Positions 14,897 to 23,042 of a DNA stretch of 64,000 nucleotides are shown in pieces. Origin of the DNA: a virus. Under the pieces are notes generated by a model. It was not told where the DNA came from, searched no databases, and saw only the letters and a list, made by a program, of their open reading frames with translations. Both the position numbers and the translations under genes were made by a program. Each line of letters opens with the position of its first letter. Positions within the stretch are counted from its first letter, which is position 1. The DNA lies in the IMG/VR virus record IMGVR_UViG_3300021090_000001, positions 1 through 64,000 of that record. The stretch is one strand, 5' to 3'.

Positions 14897-15577
14897 ATGG
14901 CGAGCTTCTTCCAACTCACCCTCGACACCACCGGGCCTCAGACCCCGACCTTCGCGATCGCTGCGGGCGCCGCCTTCGCCACCAGCCAAACGACGGTAGT
15001 AAATTTCACTACCGCTGACTCGCCGACCACCGGATACCAGGTGAAGATCTGGGGCAACGTGGATGCCGCGTTCAACGCCGCGATCCAGGCCACCGAGGAA
15101 GCCTCGGAATGGATCACCTTCAGCGCTGAAGTCGCAGTCAAGCTATCCAGCGGCGACGGCACCAAGACCCTGCACGCGAAAATCAGGGACGACGTTTGGA
15201 ACGAGACCGCCGAACTCTCCGACACGATCGTCCTCGACACCACGGTCCCGGTCATCACGATCTCGGCCGGGCCGGAACCTACGAAGGTGTCGAAAATCGC
15301 GGGTAAACGGACCGTCACCTTCAGCTTCCAGAGCGACACCAAACTGCAAGCCTGGAAGGTCAAGGTGGTCCCGTCCGGGGCTTCGACGGAGGGCGCGGGC
15401 ACGACGATCCTGACGACCAACGGATCGACCAACATGACCGGCGGCACCCTCGAACCGGCAACCAACGAGGAATGCACGATCGACGGCCGGGATCTCGCTG
15501 TCGCCGCTGGCGCCGATGGCGAATACACCATCAAGGTCTTCGGCCAGGACCTCGCCGGGAACTGGTCGCTCGCTTAG
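14897..15577 (+). CDS. Tandem Ig-like domain protein (virion decoration/adhesin-like)
   Basis: 226 aa with two domains separated by IVLDTTVPVITI. Ends ADGEYTIKVFGQDLAGNWS. Confidence 0.65.
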   Translation: MASFFQLTLDTTGPQTPTFAIAAGAAFATSQTTVVNFTTADSPTTGYQVKIWGNVDAAFNAAIQATEEASEWITFSAEVAVKLSSGDGTKTLHAKIRDDVWNETAELSDTIVLDTTVPVITISAGPEPTKVSKIAGKRTVTFSFQSDTKLQAWKVKVVPSGASTEGAGTTILTTNGSTNMTGGTLEPATNEECTIDGRDLAVAAGADGEYTIKVFGQDLAGNWSLA

Positions 15578-15582
15578 AACCG

Positions 15583-15603
15583 CCGACGCGCGTCGTACAT
15601 TAG
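15583..15603 (+). promoter_or_regulatory. Promoter-like motif copy 6 (CCGACGCGCGTCGTACATTAG, consensus)
   Basis: TACATT at 15596-15601. ATG at 15608 begins 7 nt after the hexamer, a leaderless candidate. Confidence 0.65.
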
Positions 15604-15607
15604 GGCT

Positions 15608-16924
15608 ATGCCCACCGCCCAGGCGCAGCCCCACGTATTCGAGAGCGGCGACAAGATTTACCTCGTCTCGCCGATTTCGCCCTTCCAGCCCGCCAGCGGG
15701 GAGATCGAGGAGTTCGCCTTCGCCGAGAATCTGAAGCGCCAGGCGCCCAACGAGAACCTGCTGTGGCTGAAGGGCAACTACGTCGAGGCCGACAAGCCGA
15801 ATCTGAACGGCCACCAGTGGACCGCATCCGGCCTGTCGATCGCTTCCCTCACCCCGATGTTCTGCCCGGTGACGGTGATGCACGATCCCCGTACGGCGGT
15901 CGGGCTCATCGCCGATACCCAGCTTCGGGTCCCCGAGAAAGACAACGTGCCCCGAGCCCGGATCGAAACTGCGCTGGCGATCTGGGCGCATCGCTTCCCG
16001 AAGGTCGCGGAGGAGGCGATGCACAACTACGAGGCCGGGATGTTGATGCAGTCGATGGAGTGCTTGTCGCCTTATTACTCCTGCGTCGATTGCGGCCGGA
16101 CCTTCCACAAGCTGCCCGAAGAAGGGGAGAAGGCCCAGTGGTGCGCGCACCTATCTGAAAGTCCCAACGCGGGTCGTATATTAGGAGGCGTCACCTTCAC
16201 GGGCACCGGACTTATTTTCGGATCGCGCGGAGCAGAGGGGGCTTACACCGAAGCCTTCCTGGAGACGGCGGTCAGAGAAGAGATAGTCGCGGCCCACCAA
16301 GAGCTTCACCAAGCATCTAGCGATCCAAGACCGAAATCGAGGAGCAGAAAAAACATCATGGACATCGACCAGGCGAAATACGACGAACTGATGGCTCGCC
16401 CCTCGAAAGAGGAACTGCTCGCCGAGCGTGATCGCGCCGACAAAGAGAAACAGCGTGCCGACAAAGCAGAGCGCGACTTCGAGGCCGAGGAGACGGCGAA
16501 AAAAGCTCTCGAAACCGCCAACGCCGATCTGAAAGCGGCCAAAGAGACGGCCGAGGAGACGGCGCGCAAAACCGAGATGGCGGGCACTCGCCTCGCCGGG
16601 CTCGGCAAGGACTTCAAGGGCAAGCTCGGGGAGAAAACCTCCGAGCGCCTGACCGCCCAGGCCAAGGACTTCTCCGACGAGGAGTGGGAGGCCCGGCTGG
16701 TCGAACTGGAGGAGGTCACCGAGGTCAAGCGGGACGCCGGGGGCGTCTCCACCGAGGCGGCTTCCACGGTCCCCGGCGACGGCAATGTCTCCATAGCAGA
16801 GACGGCCTCCGCTCGCGTCGGCGCCACGCCGAACAACGGCTCGACCCCGAGCGCGCCCGCGCGGTCCTCGGTGGTCGGCGGGCTCGTCAAACGGGTCGGG
16901 GTACCCCCGGCCAAGGCCGAGTAA
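15608..16924 (+). CDS. Putative prohead protease / scaffolding fusion protein
   Basis: 438 aa. Globular N-terminal domain of about 240 aa with a CVDCG...C..H insert. The C-terminal half is a charged coiled coil (KEELLAERDRADKEKQRADKAERDFEAEE...). Located just upstream of the capsid gene. Confidence 0.55.
   Translation: MPTAQAQPHVFESGDKIYLVSPISPFQPASGEIEEFAFAENLKRQAPNENLLWLKGNYVEADKPNLNGHQWTASGLSIASLTPMFCPVTVMHDPRTAVGLIADTQLRVPEKDNVPRARIETALAIWAHRFPKVAEEAMHNYEAGMLMQSMECLSPYYSCVDCGRTFHKLPEEGEKAQWCAHLSESPNAGRILGGVTFTGTGLIFGSRGAEGAYTEAFLETAVREEIVAAHQELHQASSDPRPKSRSRKNIMDIDQAKYDELMARPSKEELLAERDRADKEKQRADKAERDFEAEETAKKALETANADLKAAKETAEETARKTEMAGTRLAGLGKDFKGKLGEKTSERLTAQAKDFSDEEWEARLVELEEVTEVKRDAGGVSTEAASTVPGDGNVSIAETASARVGATPNNGSTPSAPARSSVVGGLVKRVGVPPAKAE
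16164..16184 (+). promoter_or_regulatory. Promoter-like motif copy 9, internal to protease/scaffold ORF (ccaacgcgggtcgtatattag, 18/21)
   Basis: 18 of 21 positions match the consensus. The next in-frame ATG is at 16358 (M251), at the start of the coiled-coil half. Confidence 0.4.
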
Positions 16925-16985
16925 CCCAGCACCACCAACCCCTGACCACCCAGCAACGCACGACGACAAACAGGAGATCAGCGAG

Positions 16986-17546
16986 ATGCCACCCGAAGCA
17001 GGAAACTTCCCCCTCACCGGCACGAAAAACCTGCCGCACGTCGCCGTTGCCTATGGACCCGGCGCCGAGCATTGGTCCGATCGCGTCGCCTCGGGCTCGA
17101 TCGTCCCCGGCGAGGCAGTCGTCCCGGCGGGCTCGGCCAACGCACAGGGCTACATGCTCATGCGTACGGCCAACGCCGAAGACGTGATCGGCCAGCTCGC
17201 GATCTGCCTGCGGCCGATCGACGTGCCGGACATCAACACCGGCCCGACCGCCCTGGGTCCGAACGAGATTCGGAACCAGACGATGGCGGACGGCGACTGG
17301 GTCCACCCGTACTACTCGGGCGGGTTCACGCTGACCCTGGTCGATCCTAACCGGACCTATGTGGCGGGGATGTTGCTCGGCTGGGATGCGGACGGTGCAC
17401 GCCCGGCCGGTATCGCGGGCGTCGGCTCCTGGGCGCCGAATGAAAACGCCGACATCGACAGCTTCTTCGAGGTCGCCAAAGTCACGAAAGTCGGGACCGG
17501 CGGCGAGGTCGTGCTCAAGGTTCGCACCCTCAGAACGAACGCATAA
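16986..17546 (+). CDS. Putative head decoration / accessory capsid protein
   Basis: 186 aa, AGGAG Shine-Dalgarno, located between the scaffold and major capsid genes. Confidence 0.45.
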   Translation: MPPEAGNFPLTGTKNLPHVAVAYGPGAEHWSDRVASGSIVPGEAVVPAGSANAQGYMLMRTANAEDVIGQLAICLRPIDVPDINTGPTALGPNEIRNQTMADGDWVHPYYSGGFTLTLVDPNRTYVAGMLLGWDADGARPAGIAGVGSWAPNENADIDSFFEVAKVTKVGTGGEVVLKVRTLRTNA

Positions 17547-17622
17547 GCGTTTTGAGGGCAACCCTCACCAACACCGCTTAAACCACCCACCAGCAGAAGA
17601 CCACTCAGGAGGAACGAAAGAC

Positions 17623-18561
17623 ATGGACGCGGCAATATTCGACATCCTTCAGCAGGTCAACGCTGAGCGGGACGAGGTCAAAGCGGCCGAGCTGAAAGCC
17701 GGTACCAACAACCAGCTCGGACAGCACTTCCAGCGCAACACGCCGGATCTGGAAGAGTTCGCTTTCGACCTGCTCAACCAGGTCTGGGCGGATGCGATGG
17801 TGGAGGACATCCTCCCCCAGATCATCGAGCGGAAAACGGTGGGCCTCGGCGAGACCGACTACGTCGAAGAGGACCTGCGAGGGCTCACCGCTTACTGGCA
17901 GGGCAAAGGCGGCGAGATCTACTCGGATGTCATCCGCTACGAGCGGAGCCAGATGCCCCGCGAGGAGATGGTGACCGCCCTGGACTTCCACCAGGACGAG
18001 ATCATCACCGACTTCTGGGGTGCGTTCGACAAGCTCGTCGGCCAGGCCCGCGAGAAGCTGGGCCAGCTCCCAACCCTCAAACTGGTCGAACTGATCCAGA
18101 GCGTGATCGTCTCGGGCGCCACCTTCGGCCAGTTCGCCGCGACCACCTTCTCGGACGATCAGTTCGATCCGATCCTCGAAGAAGTAGCCCTCCGTTCGAA
18201 GGGGAACGTGACCATCGTCGGCACCCGCCCGGCCCTTCGCCACATGGCGAACATCGGCCTCGAATACGGCAACAACGTTGCGGAACAGATTTTTCGCACC
18301 GGCCAGATCGGGGTCTACAAGGGCTATGGGACGGTCCTCGTCCAGAACTTCGAGGACTTCGCCGGTAACTACGTCCTGCCCAACGACGAGCTGTGGCTGG
18401 TCGGGCAGAACGCCGGGCGGCTGACCTACTACGGCGACGTGGCGAAGGTCCAGCAGCTCGCCCTCCCCAGCTTCATGAAGCGGTGGGAAACGGCTCGGGA
18501 TGCGGGAATGCTCCTGTATGGAGCCGAAAAAGGTCGGATCGGGCGGATTCGCCTCGTCTAA
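17623..18561 (+). CDS. Major capsid protein
   Basis: ATG at 17623 after CAGGAGGAA; the ORF track starts at 17359. About 312 aa. Follows the scaffold gene and is followed by a strong terminator. Confidence 0.7.
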   Translation: MDAAIFDILQQVNAERDEVKAAELKAGTNNQLGQHFQRNTPDLEEFAFDLLNQVWADAMVEDILPQIIERKTVGLGETDYVEEDLRGLTAYWQGKGGEIYSDVIRYERSQMPREEMVTALDFHQDEIITDFWGAFDKLVGQAREKLGQLPTLKLVELIQSVIVSGATFGQFAATTFSDDQFDPILEEVALRSKGNVTIVGTRPALRHMANIGLEYGNNVAEQIFRTGQIGVYKGYGTVLVQNFEDFAGNYVLPNDELWLVGQNAGRLTYYGDVAKVQQLALPSFMKRWETARDAGMLLYGAEKGRIGRIRLV

Positions 18562-18589
18562 CCACTTCTCGGGCGAAAGGTAGCTTCAA

Positions 18590-18624
18590 GGGTCGGGTCC
18601 TCTTCGTCGGGCTCGGCCCTTTTT
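18590..18624 (+). terminator. Rho-independent terminator after capsid gene
   Basis: 11-bp stem (18590-18600 with 18609-18619, including G-U pairs) followed by TTTTT at 18620-18624. Confidence 0.7.
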
Positions 18625-18634
18625 GTTGCATCGC

Positions 18635-18655
18635 CCGACGCTCGTCGTACATTAG
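18635..18655 (+). promoter_or_regulatory. Promoter-like motif copy 7 (CCGACGCtCGTCGTACATTAG)
   Basis: Follows the terminator. TTGCAT lies 16 nt upstream of TACATT. ATG at 18695 has an AAGGAG Shine-Dalgarno. Confidence 0.6.
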
Positions 18656-18694
18656 GGCTTGGGCAATTGATACTTCGACGGCAAGGAGACACCG

Positions 18695-19357
18695 ATGGCA
18701 ACCGCCCGTTCTGAGTTCCGCAACACTCGCGACTACGTGATCGGCGTGATGACGCGCCGCGAGGACAACAAGATGAAGTCGCTCGCGGTCAGGCCCAGGG
18801 AGACGATCTGGCTGGATGAAGACGAGCAGATCGCGACGGCCAACGCCCCGCGCGAGGAAGCGGGCAACCCCTTCGTCAACGGCGACCTCGAACTCGTCAC
18901 CCCGGCGACGATGGTCGCGAACCGGCGGCCGATCGGCTACACCGAGCATCCCCAGGTCCCCGGCGAGGAACCTCCGGCCACGCCGGAGGAGACGCCCCCG
19001 GAGCCGTCGCCGGAGGAGTCCGGTCCTGCTGCTGGCAGCGGGACGCCTGCGGAGGGCTCCCAGGAGCCCGCAGCGGGCAAGGACGGAGCCGACGAGGGCG
19101 GCGACACCCAGACGGCCGCCAAGGAGCCGGAGAAGGCCACTGAGGCCGCCACGGACCCGGCCGAGACGAAGCGCAAGCTGACCGCCGCCGAGCGCGAGGA
19201 GAACGCCCGTCAGGCCGCCGCGCGCGCCGTCAAGGGCTCGGCCGCCCGCCAGGCCAAGGAGACGGGCGCCGCGCCTGCGCCGAAAGCCGCCAAAGGTGTC
19301 GAGGGCAGCCGCGCCCTGACCGAGGAGGTCGCAACGCCGGAGGCCGCAGGGAGCTGA
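18695..19357 (+). CDS. Hypothetical protein with long Pro/Glu/Thr/Ala-rich disordered tail
   Basis: 220 aa, good Shine-Dalgarno. Low-complexity PEETPPEPSPEESGPAAGSG region. Confidence 0.6.
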   Translation: MATARSEFRNTRDYVIGVMTRREDNKMKSLAVRPRETIWLDEDEQIATANAPREEAGNPFVNGDLELVTPATMVANRRPIGYTEHPQVPGEEPPATPEETPPEPSPEESGPAAGSGTPAEGSQEPAAGKDGADEGGDTQTAAKEPEKATEAATDPAETKRKLTAAEREENARQAAARAVKGSAARQAKETGAAPAPKAAKGVEGSRALTEEVATPEAAGS

Positions 19358-19360
19358 GCA

Positions 19361-19678
19361 ATGGGGCTGACTACCGATCCGAATGATCCCTGTCTCGGCC
19401 ATGGGCCGGGGCAGGGAGACGAGGGCCAAAACGCCTGCTACCTGATCCTCACCGAGGAGGAGCGGGCCAAGGGCTTTGTCCGGCCGGTGCGCCACACCTA
19501 CGTGCATGAGAAGTGCGGCTCGGTGACGGCGATGCCACAGGCGATCGCCGAGACCTATGCGCGCGACCCATCCTTCTACGGCGCCACGTTCTGCATGCGT
19601 TGCAACACTCATCTGCCGGTCGGCGCGGATGGCGAGTTCGTCTGGGACTACCGCGACCGGGAAAAGGTCGGGACCTGA
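19361..19678 (+). CDS. Hypothetical Cys-containing small protein
   Basis: 105 aa. EEERAKGFVRPVRHTYVHEKCG...FCMRCN. Confidence 0.55.
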   Translation: MGLTTDPNDPCLGHGPGQGDEGQNACYLILTEEERAKGFVRPVRHTYVHEKCGSVTAMPQAIAETYARDPSFYGATFCMRCNTHLPVGADGEFVWDYRDREKVGT

Positions 19679-19718
19679 TGCCTCGCCTCCCCGCCAAACC
19701 AAAGGGACAGGCGATCCG

Positions 19719-20285
19719 ATGACCCCGGTAGTCGATCTCAGGGACACCCGCGTACTCATCCCCAGGGTCCGGCGCGGCCTGGAAGGCGCCGGGCTCGACA
19801 AAAAACTGGAAGACGACCTGCTCAACGGCCTGATCGCCGACGCGATCGCCAACATCATTCTCTTCACCGGAGGGCTGTTCGGCCACCACCTGAACGTGGT
19901 CACCCGCGACACCGAATACATGGCGCCGACCGCCTGGATGGTGGACCCCGAGCTGACCGAGGCCGAGGGCGGCCTGATCGTGATCCAGGCCCAGCTCGAC
20001 TTCCTCTACTCCGACCTCAAATCGACCAAGATCAGCGAGACGATTCGCGACGAGGCCAGCGAGTGGAGCTATGCCCTTTCGGCCAACGCGATGAACGAAC
20101 TGGTCAAGCAGCTTCGCCAGCAGCGCGATCAGCTCCTCCAACAGATCGCGGGTGAAAATGCGGCGCTCGATACCTGGGTCAACACCCTCTACGAGCGCGA
20201 CGCGTGGACCGACATGCTGATCGAGCCCTACGCGACCGGAGGCGGCCTGGGCGGGATGGAATTCGGCGACGCGAGGTTCGCCTGA
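19719..20285 (+). CDS. Putative head-tail connector/adaptor protein
   Basis: Internal ATG at 19719 of track ORF 19557..20285. 188 aa. Called by position after the capsid module. Confidence 0.5.
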   Translation: MTPVVDLRDTRVLIPRVRRGLEGAGLDKKLEDDLLNGLIADAIANIILFTGGLFGHHLNVVTRDTEYMAPTAWMVDPELTEAEGGLIVIQAQLDFLYSDLKSTKISETIRDEASEWSYALSANAMNELVKQLRQQRDQLLQQIAGENAALDTWVNTLYERDAWTDMLIEPYATGGGLGGMEFGDARFA

Positions 20286-20596
20286 TGGGCTACCACGTCG
20301 GGCGCCACTGGCCCGCGATCTACGAGCAGCGCGGGTCGAAGGTCGGCGACCTCTGGCGCTGTGGGTGTGGCGAAGAGTGGAAGCGCGCCTCCGACCTCCC
20401 TGTTGAGTGCGGGCGCTGCGGCAGCCACACGGGGATCAAGACGCTGGAGGACGAATGTCCTTGTCCGGTCGAGCCCTGCGGCCTGATCGACCACGACAAG
20501 ATCGACCCGGAGTGCCCGCAGCATGCGATGACCGCAGCCAAGACGTTCCGTGCTTCACACCCGGCCGAGGACTGCCCCGGCGCGCGAGGTTCCTGA
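20285..20596 (+). CDS. Cys-rich small protein
   Basis: ATG overlaps the upstream TGA. 103 aa with at least 10 Cys (CGCGEEW, CGRCGSH, CPCPVEPCG). Confidence 0.5.
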   Translation: MGYHVGRHWPAIYEQRGSKVGDLWRCGCGEEWKRASDLPVECGRCGSHTGIKTLEDECPCPVEPCGLIDHDKIDPECPQHAMTAAKTFRASHPAEDCPGARGS

Positions 20597-20901
20597 TGCA
20601 GGGCCGCGCCGCCACTGGCTACGAGGACTTCTTCAGCGACGGCGAAGGCGGTGGCGAGCTGGGCATGTGGTGGAAGATGGAGCAGGGCGACGGCGTCTTC
20701 CACTGGATGGTGCGCCCCCCCTGCGGTCACCACTTCATCCTCGCTCACCAGCCGGAGTCCCACCATCACGTCGAGGAGCATCACGACGGCGCGATCACGG
20801 TGCGGCCAAACCCACCCGCCGAGCCCGACAACTCCAACTCGGTCCTCTGCTACTGCGGCTGGCACGGCTTCGTTGACCACGGACGGTGGTACTCGGTATG
20901 A
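20596..20901 (+). CDS. His/Cys-rich small protein
   Basis: ATG overlaps the upstream TGA. 101 aa. HQPESHHHVEEHHDG and VLCYCGWHGF. Confidence 0.5.
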   Translation: MQGRAATGYEDFFSDGEGGGELGMWWKMEQGDGVFHWMVRPPCGHHFILAHQPESHHHVEEHHDGAITVRPNPPAEPDNSNSVLCYCGWHGFVDHGRWYSV

Positions 20902-21341
20902 GCCCCGAACCGAATCTCGCCGGGATGCGCGATGCGCTCGAACGCAAGCGCGTGGCCCTCGGCCAGAGCGTGGTCTTCGTTTTCGAGCCGGTGCCAACCT
21001 GGCCCGCAGGCACGCAGTTCGATCCCCTCACCGAACGACCCTACGATCCGCTGATCGAGCCGACCAAAGAAACGACGCCCGAAGCGGTCACCAAGGACTG
21101 CTCCGTCGCCTTCCGGCCGCTGTTCCAGGAGGACACCGAGGAGAAAGCGCTCGGCGACGTGAAGACGAATGTGATCCTGGTATGGCTGCCGCTGGCCGAA
21201 GCCGACGATGTCGTTGACGCGGTCGCTTTCCTTGTCAAGAGCGAGCGCTACCGCATCCGCAAACAGACCGAGGACGGCATCGGCGAGGACTTCCGCTGGC
21301 TGGTCTGGGGCGAACGCGAAGGGCCGGAAACGGAACCCTGA
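20898..21341 (+). CDS. Putative head closure / head-tail joining protein
   Basis: ATG at 20898 overlaps the upstream stop. 147 aa. Called by position. Confidence 0.5.
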   Translation: MSPEPNLAGMRDALERKRVALGQSVVFVFEPVPTWPAGTQFDPLTERPYDPLIEPTKETTPEAVTKDCSVAFRPLFQEDTEEKALGDVKTNVILVWLPLAEADDVVDAVAFLVKSERYRIRKQTEDGIGEDFRWLVWGEREGPETEP

Positions 21342-21345
21342 CCTG

Positions 21346-21831
21346 ATGGCCGTCAACCGAGAGACGAAAGTCGAGACGAGCGTTCAGACCTATGCGATGG
21401 CGCGGCTACGCGCCGATGGCTGGTCCGAAGATCGCCTCACCTTCCTGGAGGAGTTCCCGCACTATGGGTTTTTCGACGGCGACCTCACCACCAACTACTG
21501 CGCGTTCGGCTTCAACTTCGATGACCAGGGCCGCCCGGCCGAGCTGGGCTCGGCGCTGCGTAAACGCATCTACACCCTGGAGTTCTTCCTCTTCGGCCAG
21601 GACGAGCTGAACGCGAAGTCGGCGGCCAACGACATCAAGTTCGCCCTCGACGTGGACGAGATCGTGCCACTGCTCGACGTGGGAGAGATGGGGATGCCGC
21701 CGGTCGATGCCCTGCTGGTCAAAGGCGCCAGCGCCCAGAAAGTCCTGATCGCCGATCCCAAACCGTTCGAGCGCCACGTCTGGTTGGCGACGGCGCGCGT
21801 GGAAGACGAATACTACCCAGCGGCGCCCTGA
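21346..21831 (+). CDS. Putative neck/tail-terminator-type protein
   Basis: Internal ATG at 21346 of track ORF 21208..21831. 161 aa. Called by position. Confidence 0.5.
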   Translation: MAVNRETKVETSVQTYAMARLRADGWSEDRLTFLEEFPHYGFFDGDLTTNYCAFGFNFDDQGRPAELGSALRKRIYTLEFFLFGQDELNAKSAANDIKFALDVDEIVPLLDVGEMGMPPVDALLVKGASAQKVLIADPKPFERHVWLATARVEDEYYPAAP

Positions 21832-21850
21832 GCCCGAAGGCCCAGGGCGC
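21823..21850. terminator. Bidirectional hairpin between convergent genes
   Basis: GCGCCCTG / CAGGGCGC outer stem plus GCC/GGC inner stem. Overlaps the TGA of the plus-strand gene and lies 7 nt from the minus-strand gene stop. Confidence 0.5.
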
Positions 21851-21856
21851 ACTCAG

Positions 21857-22132
21857 CTAGCCGATATCGCTCGGGCCTTCGGGTCCGCCGGGCCGGTCTG
21901 CCGGAGTCGCGGTGCGGGTGGCATCGACGTGGATGCCGTCGTCCACCAGCTCGATCTGCTGCACGTCGAAGTACCAGCTATCACGCTTCGTCTCGGCCTT
22001 CTTCGGCGTCTTCGGCGTCAGATTGATCTGGGTGCAGCCATTGAGGTAGGTGATCGTCGCCGTCGCGATCCCCATAAAGCCGGAAACCTTGTCCTGGTAG
22101 CGTTTTCCGAGGACTACTTCGTATGCCTGCAT
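21857..22132 (-). CDS. Hypothetical small protein (moron)
   Basis: ATG at 22132 preceded by GAGGAGGGAC. 91 aa. Opposite strand to the flanking structural genes. Confidence 0.6.
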   Translation of the reverse strand: MQAYEVVLGKRYQDKVSGFMGIATATITYLNGCTQINLTPKTPKKAETKRDSWYFDVQQIELVDDGIHVDATRTATPADRPGGPEGPSDIG

Positions 22133-22490
22133 GTCCCTCCTCTGGTTGTTGGGTCGGCCTACAAAGCGCGACCCTAGCAGCATCTGCTAACTTCCCGGCA
22201 AGGCGATATGTGTAGCTGGCTCGTTCGTCGTCTCGGGCGAACGGAACCGCAATCTGAGTCTGAGGGCGCGACCCCTTCTCAGGTAGACAGCAACTGAGCC
22301 TTTGCTCGGCCGCTCCGTGGTGACACTAGCTGGGATTGCAATCGCAGCGACTCACTCCCACGGGGCGGTCGGCTTATGTCGGGCCAGGCGTCCGCCCGCT
22401 ATGCGCCTCGCCAGTCCACGGACGAACGGGGTTGCACGCAACGCTCCCAGTAGCGGGGTAGGGCCTGGAGGGGCGTCCGCGTCTGAACTG

Positions 22491-22514
22491 GGGGCGCGGC
22501 GCCCCTTCTCGGTT
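22491..22514 (+). terminator. Plus-orientation intrinsic-terminator-like hairpin
   Basis: GGGGCG cgg CGCCCC stem-loop at 22491-22505 followed by TTCTCGGTT. The U-rich tail exists only on the plus strand, yet no plus-strand CDS lies upstream. Confidence 0.4.
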
Positions 22515-22761
22515 AGAAGACATCGATCGGGATGCCCTTGTACTCCGTGACCCGCCCCGACGCTCGCGGGAAGAGAAACTTGACAACGTCCCGGTTGAGC
22601 CGTTCGAAGATGTCGCCGGTCTGATCGAGACGGAGCCGGATCGCCGGGGGCGTCGTCGCCCTCTCCAACTCGTACTCGCCGATTGCCCAATCCAGCATCT
22701 CCAGGTTGAGCACGTGGGGCGGCACTCCGCGCAGGTCCAGGTCGAGGTCGGCGGGCGTCAT
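22513..22761 (-). CDS. Hypothetical small protein (moron)
   Basis: 82 aa with very strong GC3 bias. ATG lies within a perfect 14-bp inverted repeat. Confidence 0.6.
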   Translation of the reverse strand: MTPADLDLDLRGVPPHVLNLEMLDWAIGEYELERATTPPAIRLRLDQTGDIFERLNRDVVKFLFPRASGRVTEYKGIPIDVF

Positions 22762-22794
22762 CCGGTGCTACAGGGTACGGTGTAGCACCGGATG
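22759..22794. repeat. Perfect 14-bp inverted repeat CATCCGGTGCTACA-n8-TGTAGCACCGGATG (operator-like)
   Basis: Both arms end in ATG when read outward. Spans the start codon of the 22513..22761 gene. Confidence 0.8.
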
Positions 22795-23042
22795 ACGCAG
22801 CTCCTCGTCGCCAAGAACCTCCAATCGCCACCCCGCCAGGCGACCAAGCAGGAGACCTGCGTCCACTGGATGGTTGACACCAACGCCTCCTGCGGCGGGC
22901 GGCGATTCCAGCGCTGCGCTCATTGCGGAAAGTCCGGCTCGCGCCCGACCCGCAAAGACGAACGCGTCTCCTGATAGGGCCGAACGTCTGTCGGGCGATG
23001 CTACAGTCGCGCCGTTCTGGTCCAAGCAAGGGAAGGAGCAGT

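Noticed and set aside
12473-15577. Diversity-generating retroelement hypothesis for the repeated Ig-like and fibre genes.
   Set aside because: No reverse transcriptase gene was seen anywhere in the window. The paralogs are similar only at protein level, and I saw no nucleotide-level template/variable repeat pair.
22184-22512. attP site or prophage boundary within the moron island.
   Set aside because: The recombinase gene is 36 kb away, phage structural genes continue on both sides, and I found no direct repeats flanking the island.
22768-23025. 85-aa minus-strand ORF in frame with, and directly upstream of, 22513..22761. The antisense plus ORF 22792..22974 was also considered.
   Set aside because: GC3 bias is clearly weaker than in neighbouring genes and the sequence is Ala/Gly-rich. 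It is kept only as a possible gene remnant in the palindrome finding.
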